From Raillietiella orientalis (lineage: Eukaryota), in NCBI GenBank assembly GCA_036172245.1, contig JAYWIR010000004.1:2728001-2792000 (forward strand): a stretch of 64,000 nt of DNA, read 5' to 3'. Shown here piece after piece: positions 23,370-36,760 of this stretch. The stretch's first letter is position 1; every line of letters begins with the position of its first letter. Made by a program: the position numbers and the translations under genes. The notes under the pieces were generated by a model, which saw nothing but the letters and a program-made list of their open reading frames with translations, had not been told where the DNA came from and ran no database searches.

Positions 23370-23790
23370 CTTGCTCTTCCTCCTCCTCCCTTGAAGGACC
23401 CTTCTCGCATCCACCCTGTCCCCGACGGTTCGTTCCCGACACGCTGCGAGGAAACCTCCCGTGTGGGCTGCCGTCGCGAGCTGGGCCCACAAGAAGAGCA
23501 GCGTTCTGGCACACCTGCCTCTCTGGGCGGCGAGGGACATCTCTCTGCTCGGCCAGCTCAGAAAGAGCCCGCGCCGCGGTCGGGGCGTTCCTCTCAGTCG
23601 GAGCTCCTGGGGCCATCGCCGACCCGGTGCTCCTTGACCACGTATTCGGTCTTCCCATACGCGACGACCCTCCGCCGGGCCGGCGCCGCGGGTACGAGCA
23701 GCAGCTCTTCGGCTCTTGCGGGCAGCCGGGCGTTCACTCGACCCACCATCCCTTGTCCGCCTTTGCCCGCACCTCTCTGGGCATTCCGCA
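23370..23790 (-). mobile_element. Possible decayed Gypsy RT
   Basis: 'RVNARLPARAEELL' (cf. LN..LPxIEELL), 'GTPRPRRGLF...EMSLA' (cf. TPxGLF..MPFG) and 'RRVLQG' (cf. LRxVLxRL). Weak. Confidence 0.3.
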
Positions 23791-24489
23791 CGCCACGCCC
23801 GCGAGCCGAGCGCGAGAGCGATGCGGGGGGGGGGGAGGGAGAGGTCGCCAGCACGAGGCGGAGCTGCGTCTCCTCGCAGCAGGAGGCTCGCACGAACACT
23901 GTTCTTCCATGACGCCGCCGAAGAGCCACGTCCCTCCTCGCCTCGTGGAGCCGAAAGCGCTGACATCGGAGGCGAGGAGGAAAACGCGAGCCAAGGGCGG
24001 TGACCTAGCCCGAGCGGGGGGCAGTCCACCGCCGTTTCCGCAGGAAACCCGAGTGTGTCACTAAGCAACCGACCAACCAGCAACCTCCCCCCCCCCCTCA
24101 AAAAAAAGGAACCACTGGAAAAAGGATGCTGCTATTCGAGAGCGAGTGGACCGGCCAGACGATAAGGAGAGTCACCCGAGTCGAAGAACCGGCGAGTCAG
24201 ACAAACAAGTCGGACCTCGGAGGTGAAGGGTCGGGGGAGAACGCGCCGGCTGCTTCTCCCGCCGCCGCGCGCCTCTGGAACGTAGAGCAGCGGTCACGGC
24301 GAATTCGGAAGGAGCCGCGCTGCGCCCGCTTCCGCGACCGAACGCACACAGGTGTTCCTGCTCTCCCGAGCGTTGAGACGGGCAAATGGAAAGAAGAAAA
24401 AAAAAAAAAAGGAAGGAAACGAGAGGAGGAGGAGGAGCGCAACCTCTCTCCCCTTTCCTTCCTTCCCCCTTCATTTTGGCGCGCGCGTT

Positions 24490-25290
24490 CGAGATCGGAC
24501 GTGACGGTGGTAAACACGGAGGAGGAGGCAATTTCGGAGGAAGGATGGAGGCCTGGCTGGCGCTCCGCTCCACTTCGCTGAGCCCGCTCCGCGGGATACG
24601 ATGTGCGGCCGCCCAGGACCCGGGGGCGGGGTGGACGTCTCCCGGGAGCCGCCGCAAATAACGACCGCCATCGTCGAAGTGCCGATTCTCGAGTCCTGCC
24701 GGCCGAGCGGAGGAAGGGAGGGAGAAGAGGGGGGGGATCACATCCTCCCGCTCCCGCGATCGGCCGACCTCGGGGGAACTGCCGCCGCCGTCAAGGCACC
24801 GTCTCGAACCGGGAACAGGCGCGAGAACGCACGGGAAAAGGAGAGACGCCTGCAGGCGGAGAAGGTGACCTTTTCGGAGGCGCTGGAGACGGGGGCGCTC
24901 GCGGACGTCTGTCGAAACTTCGCTCTCTGCGTGACCGACGCACCGACTTTCGTGGCGGCAAGCGGGCTCCGAGTGGTGAGGCTTCACCCTCCGTACCACA
25001 CCACCTGCAGCGAGGAGGCTCTCTCCAGGCAACCGACCATTCCGCAGGGGAGACTCGGCCCCACTCCCCCTCCCCCTTCCCCAGTCGAGGAAAATAGGAA
25101 GAGCGTGTTTCCCTCGACTTCTTGGCCTCTCTTCACCTCCCTCGCTCTCGGCGGCGACCGGGCGACAGGCAAGCGCGTGGAGAGGGGAGGGGGTGGCGGT
25201 GGCGGTAACGGAGGCCGGCCCGGTTCCACCGAGAAGTGGGCCAGCCCGGTCGAAGTGTGCGCGCGCAAGATCTTTCGCGAGGCGCTGATG
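24490..25290 (+). mobile_element. Decayed IS630/Tc1/mariner-superfamily DDE transposase
   Basis: Motifs in correct order: 'SDVTVVNT' (24495-24518; cf. DETWVN), 'NDRH' (cf. DYHxEM), 'HILPLPRS' (cf. LLPxLPxxSVIVMDNA), 'LQAEKVTFSEAL' (cf. WLxxxxIxF) and 'GLRVVRLHPPYH' (24964-24999; cf. GHxVLRLPPYH). No TIRs recognised. Confidence 0.55.
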
Positions 25291-25549
25291 GGTACGCAGT
25301 GGGCGTGCGACCCACTCCGCCGCCGCCGGACCCGGCGCGCGCGAACCCGAAATCCGTACGAGGCCGCGCTCCTCTCGCTCCCCGAAGAAATGACTCATCG
25401 GCGGCCGTTGCCATGGTTATGCGCACACACATCTTTGGGAGACACGTGCTTCTTGCGAAAAGGGAACGGCTCCCATCCTGGGCCTCACGCGCGCTCGCAT
25501 CCTCCTCAGCGGAACGACGTGCGGCCGCGCACGATCCCGGAAATGAGGA

Positions 25550-28500
25550 GAGAGCAGTTCCACGCTCCCGTCCCTCCGTGGCTTTGATTGCCGGGCACGT
25601 GTCCCGATCCCTGCCATCAGCTAAGTGCACGCTGATTGGAATTTTTGATCAAACAGCCGCATCTTCGATTCACCAAGCCAACTGGCAGAGATTGGAAAAC
25701 GCCATTAACGGGTGTCCAGCTCTGCCGGGGTTCCCACGATGCCGGATGCCCCCACTGGAAGGCTTTGATCTTTCCTGGGAGGGGGAGCGTGGCAGGGGAG
25801 GCAGCTTGTGTCTCCTTGCTTGCAAGAAGCGGGGAAGGGGGGCAGCGCGAACTTCTCACTTTCCGAGGAAGAGGACCCATTCGAAAGCCGAGAAGCCGAG
25901 GCGAAGAACCTCCGCGCCCAATCTCGCCAGGAGGACGGTGGTTCTGCTGCGGCTCAGGGACTCCCTTCTCCGGAGCGACGGGAGCGCCAACAGGCGGAAG
26001 GAAAGTGCCGTCCTCTCTGTGCGAATGGGTGCGGCAGCGGCGCTTCTTCGTCTACCTCTCCACCCTGCCCCCTCCCAAGCGTGGCAGTCCTCTGCACAGC
26101 AACCACCCCCACTATCGTTCCCGGAGCGGGGGATAAGACGAAGGAAAAGGGCAGAGGAGCAAAAGGGAAGGAGGAGAAGAAGAAGAGAGAGGAAGAGAAG
26201 AGGAAAGGAGGAAGAGGAGGAGAAAAGGAGGAAGGGAGGAAGAAGAGAGGAAAAAGGAACAGGAGGAGAGATGCTTCCGCGGAACGAAACTCCGCAGACC
26301 GGGCGGCACGAGACGTCCGGGGGAGGTAGTCCGGGAGGAGAGGAGGGAACCATCAGCGCTTCCCTCGGCGGTCCAGGTGTGGCTCTCTGTGCAATGGAGC
26401 GGAGGAATCCTCGCCGTTCCTTTTCCCTCCCCTCGTTCCGGAGCGCTTCGCTTCCCGAAGCAGGAAGGATCCTGGAAAATGGGGTTCCGAACGAAGGGTT
26501 ATTTGCCGTGCGTGTGTCCGACCTGCTGCGCTCCCTTCCCTGGGAGAGTTCCTCCTCCTGACGTGACGAGCAAACACGCGAGATGCGTCATCGTCGCGGC
26601 GATCACGTGGGTCGGCACGCGACTTCGCCTCCAGAGAGTTGGGAGCGCTCGGGCTTCCTGGGAAGCGGCGCGTAGGAAGACGGGATGGCGAATCGATAAG
26701 GCTCCCTCCTTCCAGGACGGCGGGGCATCCGCGCGCGGCGCGGGTAGGAATTCCGGAAAGCTGCGGTTTCACCCCGGCTCGTTCGGCTGGGCGGCGGGCG
26801 GCGGAGGGCGCAGCTGGGGCGACCGTCCGCACCCGGCGGGCGGCGGCGATCTCCTCCTCTTCCGCGGGCGCGCGCGGGGTCTTTCCCACCCCCGTTCGGG
26901 AACGAGGAGGAGGAAAGGGGCGGTGCGCAGCTTTCGGATCTCGCGCGGCCCCTCCGTGGGAGCGACGCGAGTGCGGCGGCAGATGCGAATCCACGGGAAC
27001 CTGCACTTCCTGACGATCCATCTCGGGCTGCAGCAGCTGCCGCGGTTCTGGCAAGAGCCTCATGCCTCGTGAGGACTTCCGGGGATGTGCAAAACCTACG
27101 GAAGCGAGATCATCGAGAGATGTTCTCCTTTCCTCCACCTCCTTCTCCTGGTTTCTATATCTCGACGCGAGGGCTCTCGGGAGGATGGTCGCCGGCCATT
27201 CTTTTCCTTCTCCTTTCCACTTTCCGCGTGCGGGGGGGGGAAGAGGGCAGATCCCACGAACCGGTCTAGGGAGAAACAGGTCTACCCCGCGACACGGAGC
27301 GGATCCCGCGGGAGGAGAAAACCGCCTCCCTCACCATGCCGCTCGGATCGAGGAGCCTCCGGGAGTCTCCTTTTGCCTTCCCGGTCTTCCTCCTCCTCCT
27401 CCAAACTGCACCTTGAGGAAGTCTACCGCTGGGGGGGGGGGCTGCTCCCCTGCCCCCTCGCGGTGTCCGTTTCCCTGGATGCACCCTCGTGCCATCTTCC
27501 TGCTGGACAAGCCGACGAAACGCCCGCGCTGCGGAAGGGCACGGGCAGAGCACGCAGTCTGCACGCAATGCACGCACGCGGACCCTCACTTCAGACAGAA
27601 GACGGGAGAGGAGGAGGAGAGAGCCGCGGGTTGCGAGGGAGGCGCGTCACTGCTCCTTGCAGGGCAGCCCGCACGCCTTCCCCGTGGAACGAGGACGGGA
27701 GGGGGGTAGCGGGAAAACGAGCCTTGGTCAGGGAAGGCAGCCAAAGACAGAGGGGGCCGCTACTGCACCCATCCCTACTGGCTGCCCTTCCCTCTCTCCT
27801 TCCCGTTCCCTTCCCCCGCCTTGCCTCGTCCCGGCGCGGAAATGCATTGCCGTCGGGATGCGCCTAGCAGGGCCCGGTGGCGAATCGCCGCCTGCGAAGA
27901 ACCATTCAGAAGGGTCCTGCGGATGGGTCACGCGCCAGGATCGTGGACCTTTGTTGGCGGGAGCCTCGAGGGCGTTGACACCTCTTCCGAGAACGGTCCC
28001 AACCCTCCTCGCGATCCAGTACGCTTCCTCCCCAACTTCTCCGCTCCCAGTTTATTGCGCCCATTTATATTCATGCCTTTGTATACAGTCCCCCCCAGTC
28101 ATTATCATTTACTTGGAACTGGGGACGAGATCCAGAAAGTTCCTCTGAATGGCTTCGGCCTTCCCCGAAGTTCTCCAAGCTATGCGGGGAAAGGGGAGGA
28201 AGAGGGTCCACGAAAGTCCGCCCGAGGCTCCGATCGACGCAGCCGCGTGCTCTCCGCTCCCCTCCGAGACGGGAGACCCTCTCTCGCGAGCGTCTTCTTT
28301 GGGAATGGGGAGGAAGAGAAAGAGGAGGAAGAAAGGAAGAAGAGGAAAAGGAAGGGAGGAAGAGGAGGAAGAAGGAGGAAAGGGAAGAAGGAAGAAGAAG
28401 GAAGGGATGAAGAGGAGAAACAAGGAAAGGAAGAAGAGGATGAATGGAGTGCAGCATAAATGATTTCCTTCGCCGTTGTTCTGGTCTTCCTTTCTTCCTT

Positions 28501-28690
28501 TCCCCCATTCCCGGTTACTCTCTCTTTCCTTCAGGAAGCTGCACTCCCATATCCTATCCTGGGGTATTCCCCTCTAAAGATCGCATGTCCCTCCAGCTGG
28601 GATGTTGGGATCACCAGAGACCACTGCGGTCTTTCCCCTCCGGAGGAGTACGACGGGAAGAGGAGGAGGAGGAAAGTTTTAGAAGGAGAT
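25550..28690 (+). mobile_element. Decayed, near full-length I-clade LINE ORF2 (post-EN linker, RT, RNase H, CCHC)
   Basis: 'HQANWQRL' (cf. KANW), 'MERRNPRR' (cf. MERxVxxRL), 'MGFRTK' (cf. QxGFR). RNase H-like 'NHSEGS' (cf. YTDGS), 'LLAIQYA' (cf. ELxAIxxA) and 'PSYAGKGEEEG..SAR' (cf. PSHxGIxGNExAD). Terminal 'CPSS..DHCGL..EEYDGKR' (cf. CxxC..HxLxxCxxYxxxR). Confidence 0.5.
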
Positions 28691-31399
28691 TAGGTGAGTG
28701 CGTGTTCGGTCTCGAGAGGGACACACCGAAGCGGGAAGCAGTTTCCAGGAGCTTCCGGGGATCAAGGGTAGGGCAGTGGCTTTGCGGCTCCGGGGGCTGC
28801 TGTGCGGTCGGGTCAGCTCCACCGCTACAAGAAGGCACCTGGGAGGGCGTCCGCGCCGAGCCACCGCTCCTTCTGCGTGCGCGTGCGGGTCGATCCCGCT
28901 CTCCGGGTCTCCAGTCCTCTCGCCGCTCGCGAGAAGCAGCGACGGAGGGGGACACGAGGGGAAGCAGGAGGACGCAGCCGGAAGGAGGGGAGGACGAATG
29001 CGATCTCATTCCTTCTCTCCTGGATGCGAAATCAGTCCCGGGGCGCGTAGGTCAAGGACAACTCCCACTCGTGTGGCCAGGAAGCCTCCTCCTCCAGCGG
29101 CGCGCAGAGCGGGGGTGGGCACTCCCAACCGTTCCAGCTGTGCACCTGCTCCCCCCATTCTCTCATCCTTCCGGTGGCGACGGTGGGGGAAGGAGGCCTC
29201 CGCGCAGATCCAGAAAGATGCAGCGGCAGCATCGGGACCTCAGAGAGCCCGGAGCGAGGCAGGGCACGTGCACGCGCATGGATAGTGACGATGCGCGGTT
29301 CCGGTGGCGATCGGCAGCTCAGGGAGCACGCGCGCCACGAGGAGAGCACCTAGGCGGCTGCGGGGGAGAGGGGGAAAGGGCGGAGGGGGGTTCGCTCGCT
29401 GCATGGGAGAAGGCGGGGGGCTGCTGAGCGTGCCGGAGGGGACGGAGGCACATGCCGCACCCTGATCCGGCTGTCGCTGCCGGTGCTGCGGAGGAAAGGG
29501 AGGCGGTGGCGGCGGCGAGATGCGACCTCGCGCGGCGGATCGCCAACCTCCGCACCGTCTCTCTCGCCGACGGCACAGCCGAGGACGCTGGCGACGCTCT
29601 CTTTCCTCTCGAGCGCAGCCCCAGACTCCGCGGCAGGCGTGCGGCCCCCGCACTTTCTGGAGGAGCGTGCGGGCTGCGCAATCCTCTCGCGGTGTGTTCC
29701 CGGATCGCAGCAGCCAGCCGTGACGGGTCTTGCCTGGCTGCTGCAGGGGCTGCTCTTCGTCCTCCCCGCGCTGCTGCTTCTGCTTCTCCCGGAAAGATGT
29801 TTCGCACCCATCCCGTCTTCCCCTCCCCCCCTTCCTTCTGCTTTCTGCCTTTTTTTTTCTTTTGGCACCTCCTCCAGCAGCGCGAGATCCCTTCCAGCGG
29901 CTCTCTCGCACCATGGGCTGCTCATTCCCGTGACACGGTAGTTCAGCAAGTGCGGCGGCTGAGTGACACCCGGAGGAGGAGGAGGAGGAGGAGGAGGGGA
30001 AGGGGAGGGGAGGGGAGAGTCGAATTCCCATCGGGAGTGCGCGCGGAGTTGCGCAAGGATGCGAAAGCCTGGAGTGGATGGGCGTTCCTCCCCCCACCCC
30101 TCCCCCCCTCGGCGCCTGGGCGCGCGCGCACGTCATCGGATCATCGAGCGATGATGACGACTCGGGACCCCATTCCAGAGTGCGTCTGCGCGCGACGCTT
30201 TGCTCCCTTCCCTTGTACGCAGCTTCCTGCGCGGCACTCGAGCAAGAAGCAGGACCAGACAGAGAGACGGGGTAGTGGTGGTTCAGGAAGAAGGGGGAGG
30301 CAAGGGGAGAAGGAGAGGAGGAACCGACAACTCGGAGGAGAGCGACGAGAGAGAGAGAGGGGGGGGGGGGAAGAGAAGGAGGGCAAAGGAAGAGTACGGA
30401 GTACGGGAGAGCGACTGGGACGGTCACTTCCTCGTACGTGGCACATTCCAGGACGGTGGAGGCTCCAGAAAGGCACCCCCCACCTCTCCCGCTTTTCTGC
30501 ACACCCCGACGCCCCGTCTCGCTCTCCCGTCGCCGGTGGCAACGGTGAGCGGACGAGACGGATAAGGCCGCGTTCAGGGTGTTGCGCGGCCTCCGCCAGC
30601 CGCCGGTTGAGTGGCCGCTTCCGTCCCCTCCGCGCGCTGCCCGAGGGAGATCCCTCCGAAGCGCAGTGCGTGAGGGAGTGCGCGGGCGCTTCGCCCCGTG
30701 GGCGAGTTGGCGACAGGCAGCGTTTCGGACGGGCAGGAGCGCGGGCGGTAGACGGGTCACCGGGAGGAAGGGGAAAGAGGATGTCGGGAGTGCGCGCCGG
30801 AAGTGACGTTTCCCCCATGGCGGCACGATCTCTTCCTGGACGCCGCACGTGCGCCGCCACTCTCTCGTTCCAGCGATACGGGGCAGAGCGGGGAGGGAGG
30901 GGGGAGGAACGTGGGAAGAGCAGGCAGGAGAAGGAGGGGGAGGATACGACTCCACTGTGGAGGTTCCTTCCGGGAGTGGCCTCTTGCAGAGGAGGAGGGG
31001 GGTTATCTGGAGGATTCCGGGAAGTTTGGCGCGCCCCGTCGCACACGCCGAAAGCCCCTCCTCCACCCCTGCCGGCGTGACGCCCGCGCTAGCGCGTACC
31101 ACCCCCCGGCCGTGTGGGCCACACGGAATGAGGCGGCTCGCGAATGCCGCATGCAGCAGGCGCTCCTCCCCTTACCCCTACCCCTTTTGATGGATTTCTC
31201 TCGGCTCCGTTCCCTCGGAAGAACGTCGCCCCCGGGACCTACTTTCATCCTCGCGTCCTTACTCTCTCCGTCTCCATGCTCTCACACGACGTCATTCTCG
31301 TCCCTCCCTATGGGGAAGGGAGCTCTGACGTCATGATGGAGGGTGCACACGCCCAGAAGGATGAGCTCCTTTCCTTCTTTTGCGTGCCGGCGTCTCCAC

Positions 31400-32200
31400 C
31401 GCAGCCGTCGTGCTGGCACCGGAGGAAGGGGGCGCCCATATGCTTCCGGCATTCTCTAGGAGGCGTCAGGGGGAAGGGCGAAGGTCTCACTCCTTCCCCG
31501 TCGCCGCCTGTGCTTCTTTCCGGATGCGTTCCCTCTCCTCACCCCACTCTTCGGTCTGCCAATCGTGCCCAGTTTGCCCCTTCTCCCTTCCACCTTCATC
31601 CTTCCCTCTTGCGACGTTGCGCCCAACTCCCCGGCTCTCGCCCGAGTCTCCAGCGTTTCCATTCGAATCCAGGGAGATCCTCTATTCCCTCGGAGAGACA
31701 CTCCCAGAGGCTAAAGCAACAACGAAATTTAGGGGTCATCCATTCAATGTCCCGGCCCGCGGTTCTCGCCATCCTGCGTGTCCCCTCCTCAGAATTCCTG
31801 AAGCTGGCAGTGGCCTCCCTGCTCGTTCATCCGTCCCGGCTACGCCCTATCGGCAGGGAAGGCGACCAGTCCTGGGTCAGCGGCATGGAGCTTTCGTTCC
31901 GCCACTGAGACGGATCGTGGGGACTCCTCTCGTCGCCAGCGCTCACAGGCACCCGAGCCCTGCGCAGAGAAAGCATCCGTATCGCTTTTTCCTTCCTCTT
32001 CTTGCGGGGTTACGAGGTTACCGGCTGCTCTTCTCCTCTTCCTCGTCCTCAACCTCCGTCTCTCTTCTCCGCTTCAGTCTTGCAGCCCTCGGATCCCTCA
32101 CAGGGCGTCGCCTTGTTTGCGAACGCCTCCTTGGAGCGAATCAAAAACACAAGGGTGCTGCTGTGGTCGCTGCCGAAATACATTCACTGTCCGCCGCCAT
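31400..32200 (+). mobile_element. Possible decayed LINE RT C-terminal region
   Basis: 'RNLGVIH' (cf. KxLGVxxD) and 'RLLGANQKHKGAAVVAAE' (cf. RxxxGAxxxTPxxALxxE). Confidence 0.3.
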
Positions 32201-35200
32201 CACCTTCACCGCCTTCATCCATGCTCTCCCCCTCCCTCTCCTCTCCCCTCCCGGGCGGATCGCATCGGTCAGTCTCGCAGATGGCTGGACCACGTCCCTT
32301 GGACCAGAAGGTGCCTTTCCGGTTATCAGGCTGACACCGTGAGAAGCGGATGTCCCGAAAGGACTGCCTCCGTCCGCCAAGAGCGCGCTGCGCAGAAGGA
32401 AACTGTGGCCGCCTTCGCCCGGAGTCCGGTGCGGTCACGTCTGTAGCGCAGACGTCAAAGAGGAGGAGAATGGGAACACGGACGACCTCCTCGCTTTTCC
32501 CTCTGCTGCTCCTGGTACCCGAGAACTTAGGTGCCCTCTGGATCGGGGCAGAAGCGCCTTCCAGACAGGTCCCCATCTCTGCGGTGCCCCGGGAGAGAGG
32601 CCCGAGAGCTCGACCCGAAACGACCTCCATGATCTTTGGTAGTGGGAGGAAGATCTCATGATCGGTCAGGGCCGCTCCAGGGGAGGAAGAGGGGAAAGGA
32701 AAATTTCTCCCGCCGGAGGGCGAGCGGATGGATGCGGTCCTGACGTGGAGTTGCGCATTTTTCCTGACCCCGTGGGGTAAGTGGTCTCGCTCCGGACGCG
32801 GCTACAGATCACTGTTGCAGGAGGACGTGCCACGGCACTTGCAAGTCTCGGGAGCACCGAAGCAGAGGCGAGGATTCAGAGAACTCCTCACGCCAGAAAA
32901 GGTCCCACGTCCTGGCGTGGGGAAGGGGAGATTGGTGCCCCTTCTCACGCGCTCGTGCACTCATCGGGATACGTCCCTTTCTCTCCAACATCTGGAGAGC
33001 GACTGACAAGGATGGGAGGTGCAGCTCCGGGGGCATGTGCCCGACTGCCGGGTCCGGTCGCAGTGGTCACGAGCAGGACGAGGAGAAGAGGAGGCTTCTT
33101 CGGTAATCGGACCCGGGCTATTCCACCCCTTCTCCCCCTCTCTCTTCCAGTAAGGCATCGACCTCGTGCTGGACCACGAGCACCGTCCCTCCCGTCCCTG
33201 AGGGAGACTCTCCAGGCCAGCTGATCTGGCCGAGATGGCTAGGAGGATTTCTGGTTCCTCTGTGCCAGTGGTGGCACGGCTGCCCCTCTCCATGCAGCGT
33301 GAGGCGGACAGCAGGCCCGGAGATCTCTTTCCGAACCCGCCGCTCACCCGTGTCCCCTCAAGAAAAGCGCTCTCGCGATCCGCTCCCCGACTTCCTCCTC
33401 TCTTCCAAGGCGCGGCCGAGACGGATCACCCGTACAGTCTGATGGCGCCATCAGAGGAGACGCTGCCAACAGTGCCCCCCAGGTAGGCTCTCCCGCACCC
33501 TCGAGCCTCTTGGGGAAGGCTCGAGCAGGAGAGGGAGGGAGGGGATGACCGGTCGATGGGGACGCGGGCGCGCTCGCGTGAGCCCTGAGGGACACGACCT
33601 TCTTCGGAGACTCTGCAACCCCTGCGGCGGATCCGCAGGAGGTCTCCTCGGACGCCGGCCCTTCCGGTGGGCTCCCCGGCGAGAAGCGCAGTGGCCCGCC
33701 CCGGGACGGTAGTGAGCGCTTGAAAGCCGCACTTGCCCCTCCCCTCCGGCTTCTCCAAAACTCCTTATCCCATCCGTCGCGCTTCCCGAGCCTGACCCGG
33801 GTCTCTCTCCCCTCGCTACCTCGCCCGCTGGTCCCTCGGGAGGATCAGCGGTCCTGGCCGCCCGCGACGTGCCGGCTGCCGCCGGGCTGCGAGTACTCCG
33901 CGCTCCCTGGAGACCTAGCTGCGTGAGCGATCTCTCTCTTTTTTCCCGAGGGGTCACCGGGATCTTGCCGTAGACGAGCGTCCCTTTCGGCAGTCGAGGG
34001 ACTCCGGGGAACGGGAGTGGAGGGCTCGGGAAGCCTCCTGCCCTCGTCCCGTTCCTCTCCTGGAAGATCCTCTGCTCCTTAGAGCCCCTGGGAGGAAGGG
34101 GTAGGGGAGGGGAGAGGAACCAGGACGACGGTAGCGAAGAGGGGGAGGAGGGACGGCGGCGTTCCTGACGGCAGGGACACTACCTAACCTCCTCCTTCCG
34201 CTTTTCCCCTCCTTCTCTGAGCGAGTTCCGCGACGGGGATGTTGGGATGCTGCGCGGGAACGCCATCTCTTCTTTCGCTTCGCGGGATGCGAGTGGCGGC
34301 GCGCCTCTGCTGCCTTCCTTTTCCGGGATAATCAGCGGACGGAGAAAAAGAGAGAGATAGAGGAAGAGGAGGGGGAGGGGGGAAATCCCTTCGGGACGAA
34401 GATCCAAGCTCTCTCCCGGAGGAATTCCCCTCCGCTCCTGGAAGATCCCTAGTCTCCCGCTCTCTCCCCTCTACTCCTCCCGCCTGAGTCACTGGGGAAG
34501 GCAGGGGGGTAGAGGTAGGGGAAGGAATACTCCAGGGTTGACGGAGGCAGCTGCCAGTGCGAGGCGCGCGTCCGGGAACGCCTCGGTCCGCGTCGCCATC
34601 ACTGCACCCGTCTTTCTGCGCTGCGTCCACCCTCCTCTCCTTCTCCTCCCTCATCCCCAGAGGACGAGAAGGAACTGGAGGAGGAGGGAAAAGGATGCGT
34701 CGGTGGGAGGAGGGTGGAACCCCCCTTTCGTTTTCTCGCACTGTCATTTCCACACGTAGCTCTGCTGCTCTCGCCGCCGCAATCCAGCTTGGCGCCGCTT
34801 CCCAAAGCTCCCGGATCTCTCTCCCCCTGGGGGGGAAAGAGTGCCGGCGCTCCCTGTCCGGCGATGGATCCCCATCGTTCCTGGCGACTCCCCTTTCTCC
34901 CCTGCTTTTAGTGTGGCGAGGGAGGGAACGGGGGAGGGCAGCACCTTGCGGCCCTAGGATGGCGAGGTCCTTCCGGGAGAAGGACGGTCGAGATGAATGT
35001 CCCGGCTGCTTTCCCGGAGGATCGCCCCGCAGATCCTTGGATCGGATGGACTCTTGGGATTCTCGGATCCCACCTCAAGGACAGCGTCCCTCTTCCTTCT
35101 TGGTCCTCCTGGGAGGGGGAAGGACGATGCAGGATCCGGGATGTTCGCGTCCGCAGGACGTAGGCAAGCACTTTCCCAAGAAGGGACCAGTGCCCTTCCC

Positions 35201-36419
35201 CTTCCCCTCCCCTCTCCCTTTTTGAGAAGGCCCTCGAAAGTGCCGTTCCCCCGCCAGATCCCCTTCCTCCTTCCTGGAGCAGTTCCCTTTCTCTCTTCGC
35301 CTTACAGGGAGGGGGAAGAAGGGAGGGGACACATCCTCCGGCAAAGTCAATCAGGGAATCCCGGGGGAGCGGACGACCCCGCCTCTTCCCTACCCCGTCT
35401 CCTCCGGGAGAACGGAACTCCTCGTCCGTCCCCCTCGTCTCCACGGCTACCGCCGCTTCTGCAGCCCCTCCCCTCTTCCTTTTTTCCCCCTCCCGCTCCC
35501 GCGGCCGCAGCATCGGCCGCCCGCACAGCTGCCGCCGGGGCAGCGTCGTCGTCGTCAGTGAGCCAGTGGCCTGCCAGGCGGCGGCGGCGGCTGTGGCGGC
35601 TCGGGAGGAAGGGAAAATCGATACGTGCTCCGGGTCCCTCCAGCCGGAACCGGGGCGAGAGAGATGGCGAGTGCCGTCGCCCGCACGCTCCTGGGTCCCC
35701 CTCTCCCGGTTTCCCTCTCCCTGCCCCCCTTTCTCCGAGCTCTTTGCCACCCTCCATGTTATTTCCCCGCGGACCCCTCTGAATGGGAACATCGGGATGC
35801 ATGAAAAGGGGAGGACCAGTGTCGTTCGTCCCCCCGGGGGTAGCAATGGAGGGTACCTTCCTCGCTCCCTCTTCTCCAGCCTCCTCCTCTTCTTCCTCTG
35901 CACACCCCCACCAACCCAAGGGGTGCGCGTGTGGGTGGGGAGAGCCGTCCAAAGGCGAGCGGGACCGCACCCCTCCTGGGAGTGCCCTCTGCGTTAGCCT
36001 CGCTGGCTCTCTGGAGACGCGGGAGCGCGTGCACCTTCCCTCCCTCCCCCTCCCTTCCCTTCCTCCCCCTTTCCGCTCCTCCTCCTACTGCCTCTTCGCG
36101 AGTCCTCGCCTTCCCCGTCACCGCCGCTCCCTCTTCCGCACGGGATCGCCTCGTTCGCGCCGCTTCCCGCGAGGGATGCGGAAACTCGGATGCCGATCGA
36201 TCGGGAAAAGATGGCAGCTTCTCGATCCAGCAGCCGCCGCCGCCGCCGCCGTCGCCATTTGGCGCGCTCGCGGACCAAGCGGCTGCGGCGGCCGCCGTCA
36301 CGGCAGTGCTTGGGGAAAAAGGGAGGGGGGAGGGCAGCGGGGAGGGAAGAGTGCAGGGAGGAATTCCGTAAGCGTCGTGTCTTTTCCTCCCAGCCGTGAA
36401 GGGAGGGGGTCGCCTGACC

Positions 36420-36760
36420 AGAGGAGCGCTCTCTGGAAACCGGCGCCGAGATGGTCCGGGAACGAGGACCCAAGAGAGGGAGAGGGTCAGCTTCCTCCCT
36501 TGCAGGCTCTTCCTTCCTCTTCCCGGAAGGCTTCCAGAATACTCCGAAGCAGCGGGGACCTTCCTCCGTCCTCCTCGGGGAAGTGGGAGCGATGGAAAGG
36601 GTACTCTCCTTGAAGGACCTTGCCCCCTTCGGGGGCTGAAGGACTCCTTTTGGGGTGAGAGAAGGGGGGAAACGGAAGGGGGTGGCGGAGCTCCTGCTCA
36701 CCAGCCGTTCCGTCCTCCTCCCGACAGGGGGTGTCCCCCACCTGTCCCATCAAGAGCAGC
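36420..36760 (+). mobile_element. Decayed LINE RT fragment
   Basis: 'LWKPA..QLPPLQALPSSSRKASRI' (cf. WKxA..NYRPISLLPxxSKxxExI), 'VLSLKDLAPF' (cf. LDLxKAF) and 'LLTSRSV..GGVP' (cf. YLxxRxxxV..GVPQG). Confidence 0.4.

Noticed and set aside
29240..31102. Overlapping 620-aa (-) and 542-aa (+) ORFs
   Set aside because: Low-complexity translations of GC-rich and purine-tract DNA with no recognisable protein. Only faint Tx1-like hints at 29.0-29.7 kb, too weak to call.
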